Positions 1 through 9,468 of a DNA stretch of 64,000 nt are shown here, in pieces; position 1 is the first letter of the stretch; each line of letters starts with the position of its first letter. This stretch comes from Candidatus Heimdallarchaeota archaeon (GTDB lineage: Archaea > Asgardarchaeota > Heimdallarchaeia > Heimdallarchaeales > Heimdallarchaeaceae). The translations under genes were made by a program, and so were the position numbers. The stretch spans positions 32,001 to 96,000 of the forward strand of contig JABCTC010000005.1 of assembly GCA_018238545.1 (NCBI GenBank), in the 5' to 3' direction. The notes under the pieces are model-generated. The model was not told the origin of the DNA, ran no database searches, and saw only the letters and a list, made by a program, of their open reading frames with translations.

Positions 1-805
1 TATTAAATCCTAGCACATTATGCACGAAATCCAACATTAGAACAGACATAAGTGTAATTCCAATACTCAGAATCGCATAACTTATCATCCAGATAACATA
101 GTTTTTGTTCTTCAAGGCTACTTTCAATTCTTTCCATATGTTTTTCTTTTCTGTTGCTACATGTTTCTCTTTTATGGAAACCAAAGCTGGAATAAACATA
201 AGAATTTCAACAACAGAAAAAAGTATTGCGAATAATAGTAAAACTAGTGCTGCATCTCCGACTACTCCACCGGATTCTTGAATAGTGCCAGCCATAAGTA
301 AAGAGAATCCAGCACCTACTGCACCACCAAACAGATTGGTGACATTCATAATTGCTGAAACACCTACTCTTTCTTCATGTTTAGTTAGTTCAGGTAGCCA
401 AGATTGATACGGAGTCAGTAGAAAACCGTAGAAGAAATGAAATAATGAATTCCAGATTAGTAGCCATAAAAATATTCCAGTTTGGCTTTCATTTGGAATG
501 ATAAAGTGGGGAAGAAATAGCATTGTAAACGAAAGACCTAGTAATGGAGCACCTATCAAAATGAAAAGTTTTCTTCGTCCATATTTAGACTTGGAAGATG
601 ATAGAGAGTCAGAAACAAAGCCAAAGAAAAAGGATGATATACCTATAACTAGCTTTCCTACAGCATTTCCAATACCATTTAACATCGGATCCAAATCTAT
701 TGTATTACTATACATCCAAAAAGTTGCTAAAAATACAACGTTTAATAGGATAGTTGTTCCAAAACGACAAATTCCATAATAGATTTTTTGGCGAAATGTA
801 AGCAT
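1..805 (-). CDS. MFS transporter, GPH/MelB-like (partial, runs off window start)
   Basis: Not in the ORF track. Read by hand from ATG 805 with GGAGG upstream: MLTFRQKIYYGICRFG...GFVSDSLSSSKSKYGRRKLFILIGAP...TPYQSWLPELTKHEER, which are GPH-family motifs. Confidence 0.8.
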   Translation of the reverse strand, partial: MLTFRQKIYYGICRFGTTILLNVVFLATFWMYSNTIDLDPMLNGIGNAVGKLVIGISSFFFGFVSDSLSSSKSKYGRRKLFILIGAPLLGLSFTMLFLPHFIIPNESQTGIFLWLLIWNSLFHFFYGFLLTPYQSWLPELTKHEERVGVSAIMNVTNLFGGAVGAGFSLLMAGTIQESGGVVGDAALVLLLFAILFSVVEILMFIPALVSIKEKHVATEKKNIWKELKVALKNKNYVIWMISYAILSIGITLMSVLMLDFVHNVLGFN

Positions 806-985
806 ATTGCAGCCTCCGAGTTTTTTCCGTTTTAAAACAACTTTGTCAGATAGTTCGTTGAGTTATATAAAATTATGCAAAAAAGAATAGAAAAATTTTG
901 AGCAGTAAAACAGTAACTAGTGAAAATATTCTTATATTGAATTTATTCCACTATTATTCAACAAAAATAATTATGTTGTGTTTAC

Positions 986-1870
986 ATGTCCAATGAAGAA
1001 ATCCAAAAAATAACCAAACAATTAGAAAACAAAAATCCTGCTATGAGACAATTAGCACTAGAACAATTATCGTCTCACAAACAAGATCATACTGCTATGA
1101 ATCTAATAATTCGAACTCTACAAGATGAAGATAAAGGTGTCCGAACCTTTGCAGCGGAGATTTTAGGAGATATTGAAGATCGACATGCATTGATTGCGCT
1201 AACACACATTTTAGAGGATAAAGACTGGGAGGTAAGACAAGCAGCTATAGGTTCGTTTGGGAAACATAAGAATCCTGAAACTATTCCATTTCTCGTACAA
1301 TCTTTAAGAGATGAACACCCACAAGTCAGGTATTCAGCAGCAAAAGAATTGAAAAAATTTGATAGCCCATCCATGATAGAACCTCTTTTTGATATGTTAA
1401 AAGATGGTACAGATTCAGTTAGGGAAGAAGCTAAATCCACTTTATTGAATTTCCAAGTCAAGGTGCCTGCATCATTAATTGCACGTTTTATCTTAGACCT
1501 CAATAAAACAGTAAAAGAAGTTGCGGTTGAATTTCTTACTACTAGAGTAGAAGGAAACCCCCTTCCACATTTGGAGAAAGCTTTAGAAGATAAAGAATGG
1601 TCTATACGTCTTCTAGTTCTTACAGAGTTAGGGAAGATAATTGAAAAAGAAGAGATTCAAGACTCTAAAATCTTGCAAATGAATCTTAAAATCTTGGATG
1701 ATGAAAATGCTAGGGTTAGATTTGAGGGTTTAAAAAATCTTAAAGAATTAAATGATATTTCAACGATTGATAAGCTAGGTGAGATCGCTAGAAATGATGA
1801 AGATTCAAATAATAGATTAATGGCTACTGAAACCATGACGTTTATCCGAAGGTCGGTAAGACTAGAATGA
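986..1870 (+). CDS. HEAT/PBS-lyase repeat protein
   Basis: Repeated L.D....VR..AA..LG units throughout. Confidence 0.85.
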   Translation: MSNEEIQKITKQLENKNPAMRQLALEQLSSHKQDHTAMNLIIRTLQDEDKGVRTFAAEILGDIEDRHALIALTHILEDKDWEVRQAAIGSFGKHKNPETIPFLVQSLRDEHPQVRYSAAKELKKFDSPSMIEPLFDMLKDGTDSVREEAKSTLLNFQVKVPASLIARFILDLNKTVKEVAVEFLTTRVEGNPLPHLEKALEDKEWSIRLLVLTELGKIIEKEEIQDSKILQMNLKILDDENARVRFEGLKNLKELNDISTIDKLGEIARNDEDSNNRLMATETMTFIRRSVRLE

Positions 1871-1949
1871 TATTTGCATGATAACACCATCATTTTTCTC
1901 ACTACTTTTCCCCTAAAATTTTTATATAGTCTTCTTATCAGCAAATTAT

Positions 1950-2198
1950 ATGAAGCCACCAATGTGCACAATATGTTATAAAGAATTTCTAGATACTGAG
2001 GAAGGCGGTTTAGTTTACTTTCAAAAACGAAGTAGTGATGAAAGATGGATTAATGTTATGAAAGAAGAAAGTATGCAAGGTCATCCACCCTTCGCAGAAT
2101 GGTTCTGTGCAGAGCATTACGAGGCTGCAAAAGAGTTGAAAGAACTCACTATAGATGAAGCTATGAAAATTCTAAAGGAAAAATATCCAACGAGTTGA
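1950..2198 (+). CDS. Small putative zinc-binding protein (CxxC...WFCxxH), paralog 1
   Basis: MKPPMCTIC...GGLVYF...HPPFAEWFCAEH. Confidence 0.65.
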   Translation: MKPPMCTICYKEFLDTEEGGLVYFQKRSSDERWINVMKEESMQGHPPFAEWFCAEHYEAAKELKELTIDEAMKILKEKYPTS

Positions 2199-2202
2199 TT
2201 TT

Positions 2203-2433
2203 ATGAAGCCACCTGTATGTGTAATTTGTGATGTAAGGTTTGATCCTCAAAAAGAAGGAGGGGTAGTTAATTTTGCTAAACGGGAAGGGGATATTGAGTG
2301 GGATAAAAAGAAAATAGTTGAACATCCTCCATATGCAGAATGGTTCTGTGGAAGGCATTTTGATTATGCAGAAAGTTTATCGGAACTTACTAAAAACATA
2401 GCTATGCCAAAAATAAAAGAGCGATTTATTTAG
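2203..2433 (+). CDS. Small putative zinc-binding protein (CxxC...WFCxxH), paralog 2
   Basis: MKPPVCVIC...GGVVNF...HPPYAEWFCGRH; clearly homologous to the preceding ORF. Confidence 0.65.
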   Translation: MKPPVCVICDVRFDPQKEGGVVNFAKREGDIEWDKKKIVEHPPYAEWFCGRHFDYAESLSELTKNIAMPKIKERFI

Positions 2434-2610
2434 AAAGAGAAAATTGTATACTCAAAATTAACAATTTTCTAAATTTACTAAATATTTTCCAGAAAAAAGG
2501 CAATTAAGGATTATTGACTGGAAAGAAGTGCCAAACAAACAGTGTTTAAACAAACTTCGTGTCATTACCACAGTAGTAAATTTATTATTCTATTGCAGCA
2601 TATTAAATAA

Positions 2611-4569
2611 TTGAGGCTTTTGAATCTGAGCACCTACCCTAGAGCAAACTTTGAACATGTACGGAAGCTAATTAGTGAAGGAAAGTATGAAGAAGCCTTA
2701 AAAAACTTGAAAAGTATTCAAAAGAAGGGAGATTTGGAAGAGAAGAAGCTGATAAATTGCCAGATTCTCAAAAGTGAGATATATAATAAAACAGGCAAAT
2801 ATGAAAAAGCTCTGAATTTAGCAGAAGAAGCTCTTGAGAAATGCAAGGATCCTGACGACTGTTTAGCTATTCTAGATGCAACAAATGAAACAGCTTATTC
2901 CTATTGGCGATTAGGTAAACTCGAAGAAGCTAAAAAAATACTTGATAAAAATAAACAAATTATTAAAAAATTAAAAGGCCAAAAAATAGGATCTGTTATA
3001 CAAAGAGAAGCTAGAACTTACAGAATAAAAGGAGTACTTTATCATACAGAAGGTAATTTTGAAGAGGCAGAGAAATATTACAGAAAAAGCCTCTCTTTAT
3101 GGGAAAAAATTGGAGATAAGCAAGAAATAAGTTCGATTTTTAATAATCTTGGAGTTCTAAATAGATCAAAAGGAGAGCTTCACAAAGCCTTAGGGTATTA
3201 TCAAAAAAGTTTGTTTCTTTACAAAGAGTTTGGTAACATAGATGATATCGCTACATCTCTAAACAACATAGGGAATATATTTCGCTATCAGGGAGAGTTA
3301 GATGAAGCATTAAGTTACTATAAACAAAGTCTTGATAGTTGGGAAGAAATTGGCAATAGTCAATTTGTTAGTTTAGCTTTTTACAATATTGGAGAAGTCT
3401 ATCAACAAAAAGGGAAGTTTGATACAGCTATACGTTATTTCAAGCAAAGTCTCTCATTGAGAGAGGAGATAGGAAATAAGCAAGATATAGCTATGACTTT
3501 ATTTTATTTAATTTCGGCTTCTTTGGATTCAAACAATACAAAAAGTGCACAAAGATATTTAGATAGATTAAGATATATAGAATCTTCTAAAAAGAATTCT
3601 TTTGTCAGTCAGTTACGAAAAATTGCTGAGGCAACTCTTTTAAAAACGAGTCCGAGGATGAAACATCGAGTCGAAGCTCAAGAACTTCTTCAGAAAGTAC
3701 TTGAAGAAGAAATTGTTGATCATTCATTAACAGTTATTGCGTTAATTGGATTAAGTGAATTACTTCTAGATGAGCTTAAGATTTCAGGAGATCAAGAGAT
3801 TTTTACGCTTCTCCAAGCTATGGTAAGCAGTCTGTTTGATATAGCAAAACATCAAGATTCTCACAATTTACTAGCGAAAACTTACTGGTTACAGAGCCAA
3901 ATAGCCTTAGTTGATTTAGACTTAGAAAAGGCAAGAGAATTACTGAATAAAGCTCAAGAAATTGCAGAAAGAAAGGGATTACGCAAATTAGCTATTAGTA
4001 TTTCAAGCGATCACGATTCTTTATTGAACCAATTGAGTGAATGGGAGAATTTGATTAACAAAAAAGTAGGGCTGAAAGAAAGAATAGAGCTTGCTCAGCT
4101 TGGTGGTCTGGTTGTAAAACTGATCAAGAACGGAAATTCTGGTGCTACAGAAATTATTAATGAAGAACCTGTTCTACTTATTGTCTTATCTGAGAATGGA
4201 ACACCCCTATATACAAAGAATTACGTTGAAGGTAGTCAATTTGATGGAGTCTTGATTGGAGGATTTCTTGCAGCAATAATTAAATTTAGCCAAGAAACAT
4301 TCGCAAGTGAGGGATCAATTGAAAGGATTAAACATCAAGAGTACACTTTACTAGTAAAAGCAAAGAAGCCATTTCTTTTTAGTTATGTAATTAAAGGACA
4401 AACCTATTCAGCAATGCAAAAGTTAGAAGCTCTAACTAGAATTATAGGAACATCGACATCTATATGGGAAGATCTACTAAGAGCAATAAAAACATCAAAA
4501 CCGATTTCGGTGGCCTCTAGAAATATGATTGATGAATTAGCTAAAATGGTCTTTCCCAGCAAAGCTTAG
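2611..4569 (+). CDS. TPR-repeat protein with C-terminal longin/roadblock-like domain
   Basis: Multiple TPRs (NNLGVL..KGELHKALGYYQKSL). C-terminal PVLLIVLSENGTPLY...LIGGFLAAIIKFSQETF..GSIERIKHQEYTLL is a longin-like pattern. Confidence 0.8.
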   Translation: MRLLNLSTYPRANFEHVRKLISEGKYEEALKNLKSIQKKGDLEEKKLINCQILKSEIYNKTGKYEKALNLAEEALEKCKDPDDCLAILDATNETAYSYWRLGKLEEAKKILDKNKQIIKKLKGQKIGSVIQREARTYRIKGVLYHTEGNFEEAEKYYRKSLSLWEKIGDKQEISSIFNNLGVLNRSKGELHKALGYYQKSLFLYKEFGNIDDIATSLNNIGNIFRYQGELDEALSYYKQSLDSWEEIGNSQFVSLAFYNIGEVYQQKGKFDTAIRYFKQSLSLREEIGNKQDIAMTLFYLISASLDSNNTKSAQRYLDRLRYIESSKKNSFVSQLRKIAEATLLKTSPRMKHRVEAQELLQKVLEEEIVDHSLTVIALIGLSELLLDELKISGDQEIFTLLQAMVSSLFDIAKHQDSHNLLAKTYWLQSQIALVDLDLEKARELLNKAQEIAERKGLRKLAISISSDHDSLLNQLSEWENLINKKVGLKERIELAQLGGLVVKLIKNGNSGATEIINEEPVLLIVLSENGTPLYTKNYVEGSQFDGVLIGGFLAAIIKFSQETFASEGSIERIKHQEYTLLVKAKKPFLFSYVIKGQTYSAMQKLEALTRIIGTSTSIWEDLLRAIKTSKPISVASRNMIDELAKMVFPSKA

Positions 4570-4632
4570 GGTAGCAGTATTTTGTTTGACGCTTTAGAAA
4601 ACTTAATTACTTAAGGTAAGTTCATATTTAAC

Positions 4633-5076
4633 ATGTCTTTAAAAGAAGAATTACAAAGATTCACTAAAAATCCATGGGGAATTGGTGTTATAATATCTTG
4701 GATACTCCTAATCGTATTTTCTCTATATTATATGATTTGGTCGTTCATTATAGCTGCACTTCCATTCTCTGGGATAAACGTGTTAATGGGATTAATTCAA
4801 TTATTAGTACTTGGTTCAGCTGTTTTATATCTACTAACATATCTCATTGAACCCAAGGTCAATTATGACAGTATATTATTATACAAAGTGTTTTCATTCG
4901 TACCTTTAGGTATTATCTATCTAATAGCAGTGTTAGCAGGATATCTTACCTTCGTAACACTTCTGTGGCCATATTCTACAATGTTTTTAGCAAGTATAGG
5001 GATTATTTTATGTACCTATTATTATCTAAAGAAGAAAGATGAAACATCTGTAGCTACAGCAGAAGAAGAAATATAA
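4633..5076 (+). CDS. Hypothetical 4-TM membrane protein
   Basis: About four hydrophobic segments. Confidence 0.6.
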   Translation: MSLKEELQRFTKNPWGIGVIISWILLIVFSLYYMIWSFIIAALPFSGINVLMGLIQLLVLGSAVLYLLTYLIEPKVNYDSILLYKVFSFVPLGIIYLIAVLAGYLTFVTLLWPYSTMFLASIGIILCTYYYLKKKDETSVATAEEEI

Positions 5077-5195
5077 AAATAAATAGATGATTTCACTAAG
5101 ATATAATAATAATTATTGTTATTAATCCTTTTTTTTAAATAACTTTTTAATGTTTTTTTACAATACATATTATAAGTATTTGAAACGGGGATTAA

Positions 5196-6173
5196 ATGAA
5201 AACAAAAATTAATCGTTACAGTCTATTGATAATTTTTATAGCGAGTTTAGTAATAAGTAATATAGCGATTACAACTTCAACTGCTGTATTAACCCAACCA
5301 ATCATTGCGGACCATACAATTGTAAACATAGTTCGTTATGACCAAATACCTGAATCAGCGATTATCTATGCTAAAAATACCCTTCACATTGCTTATGAGC
5401 ACACATCTCATGGTTCTCAAATACCTGGTGGGATGGCACCATTAGCTGCTTTTAAAGAAGGGGGTGGCGGAACAGTGGGGCTGTATTCTTATAACAGTAC
5501 TTTCCTCCATGACGATGCTATGGCAAGTTATGCTGCTTCGGCTGCAGATTTGGGTTATGCAGATTGGGCAGAAGCTACAAGAAATTATCTAGAAGATCCT
5601 GCAAACGCTGATTGTAATGTGATAATGTGGTCATGGTGTGGTCAAGTAAACGACTATTTAGGTCAAACCATGATAGATCATTACCTAGGTCCAATGTCTC
5701 AACTTGAAACAGACTTTCCTGATGTGATGTTTGTGTATATGACTGGTCATGTTGAGGGGTTAGGGATAGGTGGTAGCGTTTGGCTCAGTAATGAACAAAT
5801 AAGAAATCATTGCAAAGACAATAACAAGATACTTTTTGATTTTGCTGATATCGAATCCTATGACCCAGATGGAAATTATTATGGTGACAAAAATGTAACT
5901 GACAGCTGCAGCTGGTACAATGAGACACATAATGGCAATTGGGCTTTAGATTGGCAAGCAACACATACTGAAGGTGTTGACTGGTATGACTGCGTCTGTG
6001 CTCATAGTCAAGCATTAAATGGAAACTTGAAAGCTTATGCAATCTGGTGGTTATGGGCAAAACTTGCAGGATGGAGCCCCACAGTAAACGAAAGTATCGC
6101 AGCTGTACCAATCATAAGTGTCATAGCTGTATCTATTGCAATAATGGTTCTAAAGAAATATGGTGAAAAATAG
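5196..6173 (+). CDS. Secreted, C-terminally anchored protein (possibly SGNH-hydrolase-like)
   Basis: Signal peptide; HTSHGSQI and MWSWCGQ motifs; CAHS near the C-terminus; C-terminal TM plus KK. Confidence 0.6.
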   Translation: MKTKINRYSLLIIFIASLVISNIAITTSTAVLTQPIIADHTIVNIVRYDQIPESAIIYAKNTLHIAYEHTSHGSQIPGGMAPLAAFKEGGGGTVGLYSYNSTFLHDDAMASYAASAADLGYADWAEATRNYLEDPANADCNVIMWSWCGQVNDYLGQTMIDHYLGPMSQLETDFPDVMFVYMTGHVEGLGIGGSVWLSNEQIRNHCKDNNKILFDFADIESYDPDGNYYGDKNVTDSCSWYNETHNGNWALDWQATHTEGVDWYDCVCAHSQALNGNLKAYAIWWLWAKLAGWSPTVNESIAAVPIISVIAVSIAIMVLKKYGEK

Positions 6174-6177
6174 ATAC

Positions 6178-6738
6178 CTAACTCGTATCCTTTTTCTTTA
6201 TTTTCAACAGTTTAATTAAAGAAGAAAACTTTGTGAAATCAACTTCTTCTGGATCATCTTCCTTTGAGTTCCATCCAAAAAGAAATTTAGCATCTCGGGG
6301 GAATTTTGTTACATACCATATGAAAAATTGGTTCTTTGTTTCTACATCTTCAATTAGTTCATACTTTGCTGGGAATTTACGAAAACCAATTTTCACTTCC
6401 ACATCATCAGGATTAGCTAGGAGATTATTGAACCAATGAGCTTTCCCACCTCTTCCTGCAACAACATAAACCTCTCCATCTTTTCTTCTATATTCAAGAG
6501 GAGTTGTCCTCACTTTTCCTGTTTTTCGTCCCTTTGTGGAAAGTAAAAGAAATATCTTACCAAAACCAAATAGGGGGAATATTCCTAATTTATAAAGGGG
6601 GATAGTAACATATTTGTTAAGGCGTTTCCAACGTTTTAACGATTTTTGCTTTTGAATCTTATCACCAAATAGGAAATTATGCTCTACTGAGCCTGGACGG
6701 GGAAACACTCCACCTTCCCTTTGATCTGATTTATTCAT
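6178..6738 (-). CDS. Deazaflavin (F420)-dependent nitroreductase family protein (Ddn/DUF385)
   Basis: LLLSTKGRKTGKVRTTPL...VVAGRGG..HWFNNLLANP.VEV. Confidence 0.85.
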   Translation of the reverse strand: MNKSDQREGGVFPRPGSVEHNFLFGDKIQKQKSLKRWKRLNKYVTIPLYKLGIFPLFGFGKIFLLLSTKGRKTGKVRTTPLEYRRKDGEVYVVAGRGGKAHWFNNLLANPDDVEVKIGFRKFPAKYELIEDVETKNQFFIWYVTKFPRDAKFLFGWNSKEDDPEEVDFTKFSSLIKLLKIKKKDTS

Positions 6739-6852
6739 AAATTACCATGAAATGAAGCTTAAATAAAGATTGTCCGCAATAAATAAGTGAACTCTTGATT
6801 ACCCAAAAGTATTTGTTTTCCTTTTGTACACATATAATTTGAGGTTCTATAG

Positions 6853-7239
6853 ATGAAAAAAGATAACTATCAAGCATCATATGTATCTGAAATGATAGAT
6901 GAAGATGATGGTGTTGACGATTTTGAGGGATATGAGGAGGTTGAATTTGAGATAGGTCTTGAGTTATATGAACTAGGATTAGATGAAAACAAAAGAAAAG
7001 ATGCATCCAAAGAGGGAGATAAAATGACATTCAGGTTATTGTTTTCAGCATTATTGGCACTTATTTTTATGATTATCACTCCTTTGACAGCAAAACAAAT
7101 TGATCTGATAACTTATTGGTGGGCACCTTTGATTGCTGCATTTGTGGGAGCTTTAATAGGAGCATATATTGGTTCTATTTTTGATGCCTTCAACTTTAAT
7201 CTACCACGTAAAGAGAATAAAATTGATGTACAGCAGTAA
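6853..7239 (+). CDS. Hypothetical protein, acidic N-terminus plus 2 TM
   Basis: D/E-rich first half, then two hydrophobic helices. Confidence 0.55.
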   Translation: MKKDNYQASYVSEMIDEDDGVDDFEGYEEVEFEIGLELYELGLDENKRKDASKEGDKMTFRLLFSALLALIFMIITPLTAKQIDLITYWWAPLIAAFVGALIGAYIGSIFDAFNFNLPRKENKIDVQQ

Positions 7240-7283
7240 ATTCTTTTGAATCACTTTTTATATATGAGAAATGAAATATTATA

Positions 7284-8189
7284 TTGATTCACATGGGGAG
7301 AAAGAAATATTTTCTTATGTTAATATTATTATGTTTCAATTTTTATTATTCAACTGACATAATTGTTGCAGCAAAAAACTACACAATTGAAGCTCAAGAT
7401 AGTATAATACTTACTTACGAAGAATCATCAGAAAGTATTGTTATTTTAGAATTTGAAAATTATGAAGCAAAGAAGTTTCATGTTGAGGTTAAAAATTTGA
7501 GTAATATGATATTATCCTCACGATACAATTATACACAAAATTTACACTTAGCTTTTATTAAAGAAGGTCAATATACTGTTACCATAACAAACCCAAATAA
7601 CGAAAATATGGAAATCAGTTTAGAACAAGATTCTTTTCCAATTTCATTCAATTCAAATACTGGGGGATATTCTTACAAGGATGATCTCTACTGTTGGAGT
7701 TTCAATTCTGTAGAAGAATCTTATAGAGCTATATTTCCAATAAGCACCATCAATTCAAAATACTATGAACTTTTCTTCATTGTTGCAAATTATGACACAT
7801 TAGGTAATATCTGGCTTTCATACAAGAATCCAACAACTGAATCATATTGGGCAGCGTATCTTGATCCTATAAGTTATTCAAGAAATGGAAAAGTATCGGT
7901 TAAAATTGAGGAAGGGATGAGTTGGCTAGTTACAGATTTATCAATAACAAGTGATTGTAATGTGTTGATTATCCTTTACGATGCACCAATATTCACAGCA
8001 TTAGGCAAGGTTTTAGTGGGTATAGTTACAACTGGGGTAGCAATTGTCATGTTCTTATTTGTTTATTATAACCCTCTCAAGTACAGAAAACGTAAGGTTG
8101 GAGGGAAATCTTATGATAGTATTAAGAGTGATTACGAGTCATCTGAAAAAATGCCATTGAAGATAAAAGAAGTGTTTAATGAAGAGTAA
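7284..8189 (+). CDS. Hypothetical single-pass surface protein
   Basis: Signal peptide, beta-rich ectodomain, C-terminal TM plus basic residues. Confidence 0.6.
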   Translation: MIHMGRKKYFLMLILLCFNFYYSTDIIVAAKNYTIEAQDSIILTYEESSESIVILEFENYEAKKFHVEVKNLSNMILSSRYNYTQNLHLAFIKEGQYTVTITNPNNENMEISLEQDSFPISFNSNTGGYSYKDDLYCWSFNSVEESYRAIFPISTINSKYYELFFIVANYDTLGNIWLSYKNPTTESYWAAYLDPISYSRNGKVSVKIEEGMSWLVTDLSITSDCNVLIILYDAPIFTALGKVLVGIVTTGVAIVMFLFVYYNPLKYRKRKVGGKSYDSIKSDYESSEKMPLKIKEVFNEE

Positions 8190-8220
8190 AACAAAAAAAA
8201 TAGAAAGAAAAAATGGAAGT

Positions 8221-8604
8221 TTATTCAATTTTTATTTCTTTTTCAAATTTCCAAAAACCATGTATATTGCAATAAGAGGTAGCAATAAGTTTTCCTGATT
8301 TTTCAGTTTTTAGTTGAAAAACTGCAAAGGGTTCAGAATAAACTCCACTTGTATCTGGACCGTTAATTGAAGCACCGTGAGCATCAAAATTAGCTAATCC
8401 AATTTGATAAGGATATTTCTCACCTTCTGGCCAAAACATTAGTTTTATCCATGAAATGTGATGTTCTGTTTTGTTGGGATGAGAGATCTCTTTACCTACA
8501 CTAACAGTAACAGGGGTTTTTTCTCCACTCTTAACAACGTCAACTACTTCAATAACAGGCACATGTTTTTCTGTTTTCCAATCAGCTGTTCCATATAAGT
8601 CCAT
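8221..8604 (-). CDS. sor: Superoxide reductase (neelaredoxin-type, class II)
   Basis: EKHVP, HPNKTEHHISWI and YCNIHG iron ligands; GGTGA SD upstream. Confidence 0.92.
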   Translation of the reverse strand: MDLYGTADWKTEKHVPVIEVVDVVKSGEKTPVTVSVGKEISHPNKTEHHISWIKLMFWPEGEKYPYQIGLANFDAHGASINGPDTSGVYSEPFAVFQLKTEKSGKLIATSYCNIHGFWKFEKEIKIE

Positions 8605-8716
8605 ATGTACTCACCTAAGTTATTGGAACTACATCTATAAATAAATTTCTTGGAAGAACAAAAATTTGCAAAATAATAATAATAATAAGTAACAAAAGAA
8701 AAGGAAAAAAGAGATT

Positions 8717-9148
8717 CTAATCGTCTTCGAGAACAGTGGGTTCAAGTGGGTAAGATTCTTTTGTTGGAGATGGTTGACCAGACTGATGAGCAGAAATATC
8801 GCTTTCTACCTCGTTTAGTTCTTGCTCTAGTTTATCTATTTCTCCTTCAACCTTTTTGATTCTTCTCTCAAACTCTCGTATTTTATATTCTTTTTCAGCG
8901 ATGTGCGCTTCTTTCTTCTTTGTTGCAACCTCACTTTTGAAAGCTTTATCTATCAACCCTTGTTGTTCAAAATCAATTTTCTTTAACAATTGTTCCTCTC
9001 GTTCTCTATTATCTCGAGCTTTCTTCTTCATTTGCTCAGCAATTTTTTTCTTCAAATCTTGCAAATCGCCTAGTTTTTTGAAAATGTCTTCTTCTACGTC
9101 GTGTTTTTTCTCTAGAAGTTTAAAATAATGAACATTCGATTCACTCAT
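8717..9148 (-). CDS. Hypothetical coiled-coil protein
   Basis: K/E-rich heptad pattern. Confidence 0.6.
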   Translation of the reverse strand: MSESNVHYFKLLEKKHDVEEDIFKKLGDLQDLKKKIAEQMKKKARDNREREEQLLKKIDFEQQGLIDKAFKSEVATKKKEAHIAEKEYKIREFERRIKKVEGEIDKLEQELNEVESDISAHQSGQPSPTKESYPLEPTVLEDD

Positions 9149-9335
9149 ATTAATCCAAATTATTAGGGGAGATGATTGTTTTTAAATTTATAGAAATAAG
9201 GGAGATTAGAAAGTTCCGTTAAATTTTCTTAAGAAAAAATGGTAGAAATAAATGAAGATAGAAAAGAAAAATTTAAGAAGAAAAGCAATTGAAAGAGATT
9301 AGGTGTAAGAGTAAATACACATACACAAAAAAAAT

Positions 9336-9459
9336 CGGACCTTAGCTCAGTGGCTTAGAGCTCTCGGCTGTAGTCAGGAGACACCCTTGTGAACAATGAT
9401 CAAGGCGTCAGTCGGTAGTAACCGAGCGGTCCCGTGTTCAAATCACGGAGGTCCGACCA
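9336..9459 (+). tRNA. tRNA-Tyr(GTA) with 47-nt intron (9374-9420) at 37/38, CCA encoded
   Basis: Acceptor CGGACCT/AGGTCCG (C1-G72, A73, CCA); D-stem GCTC/GAGC; anticodon stem CTCGG/CCGAG with GTA at 9370-9372; T-arm CCGTG-TTCAAAT-CACGG; relaxed BHB with helix CUGU/GUAG and bulges AG|U and UA|A. Confidence 0.93.
9374..9420 (+). ncRNA. tRNA intron with K-loop; candidate cis-acting H/ACA-like guide
   Basis: Stem ACCCUUG-U-GA[ACAAU]GA-U-CAAGG(C)GU gives tandem sheared G.A pairs, U.U and G-C. The flanking GAC and CAGUCGG are complementary to the bases around U35. Confidence 0.6.
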
Positions 9460-9468
9460 CTTTATTTT

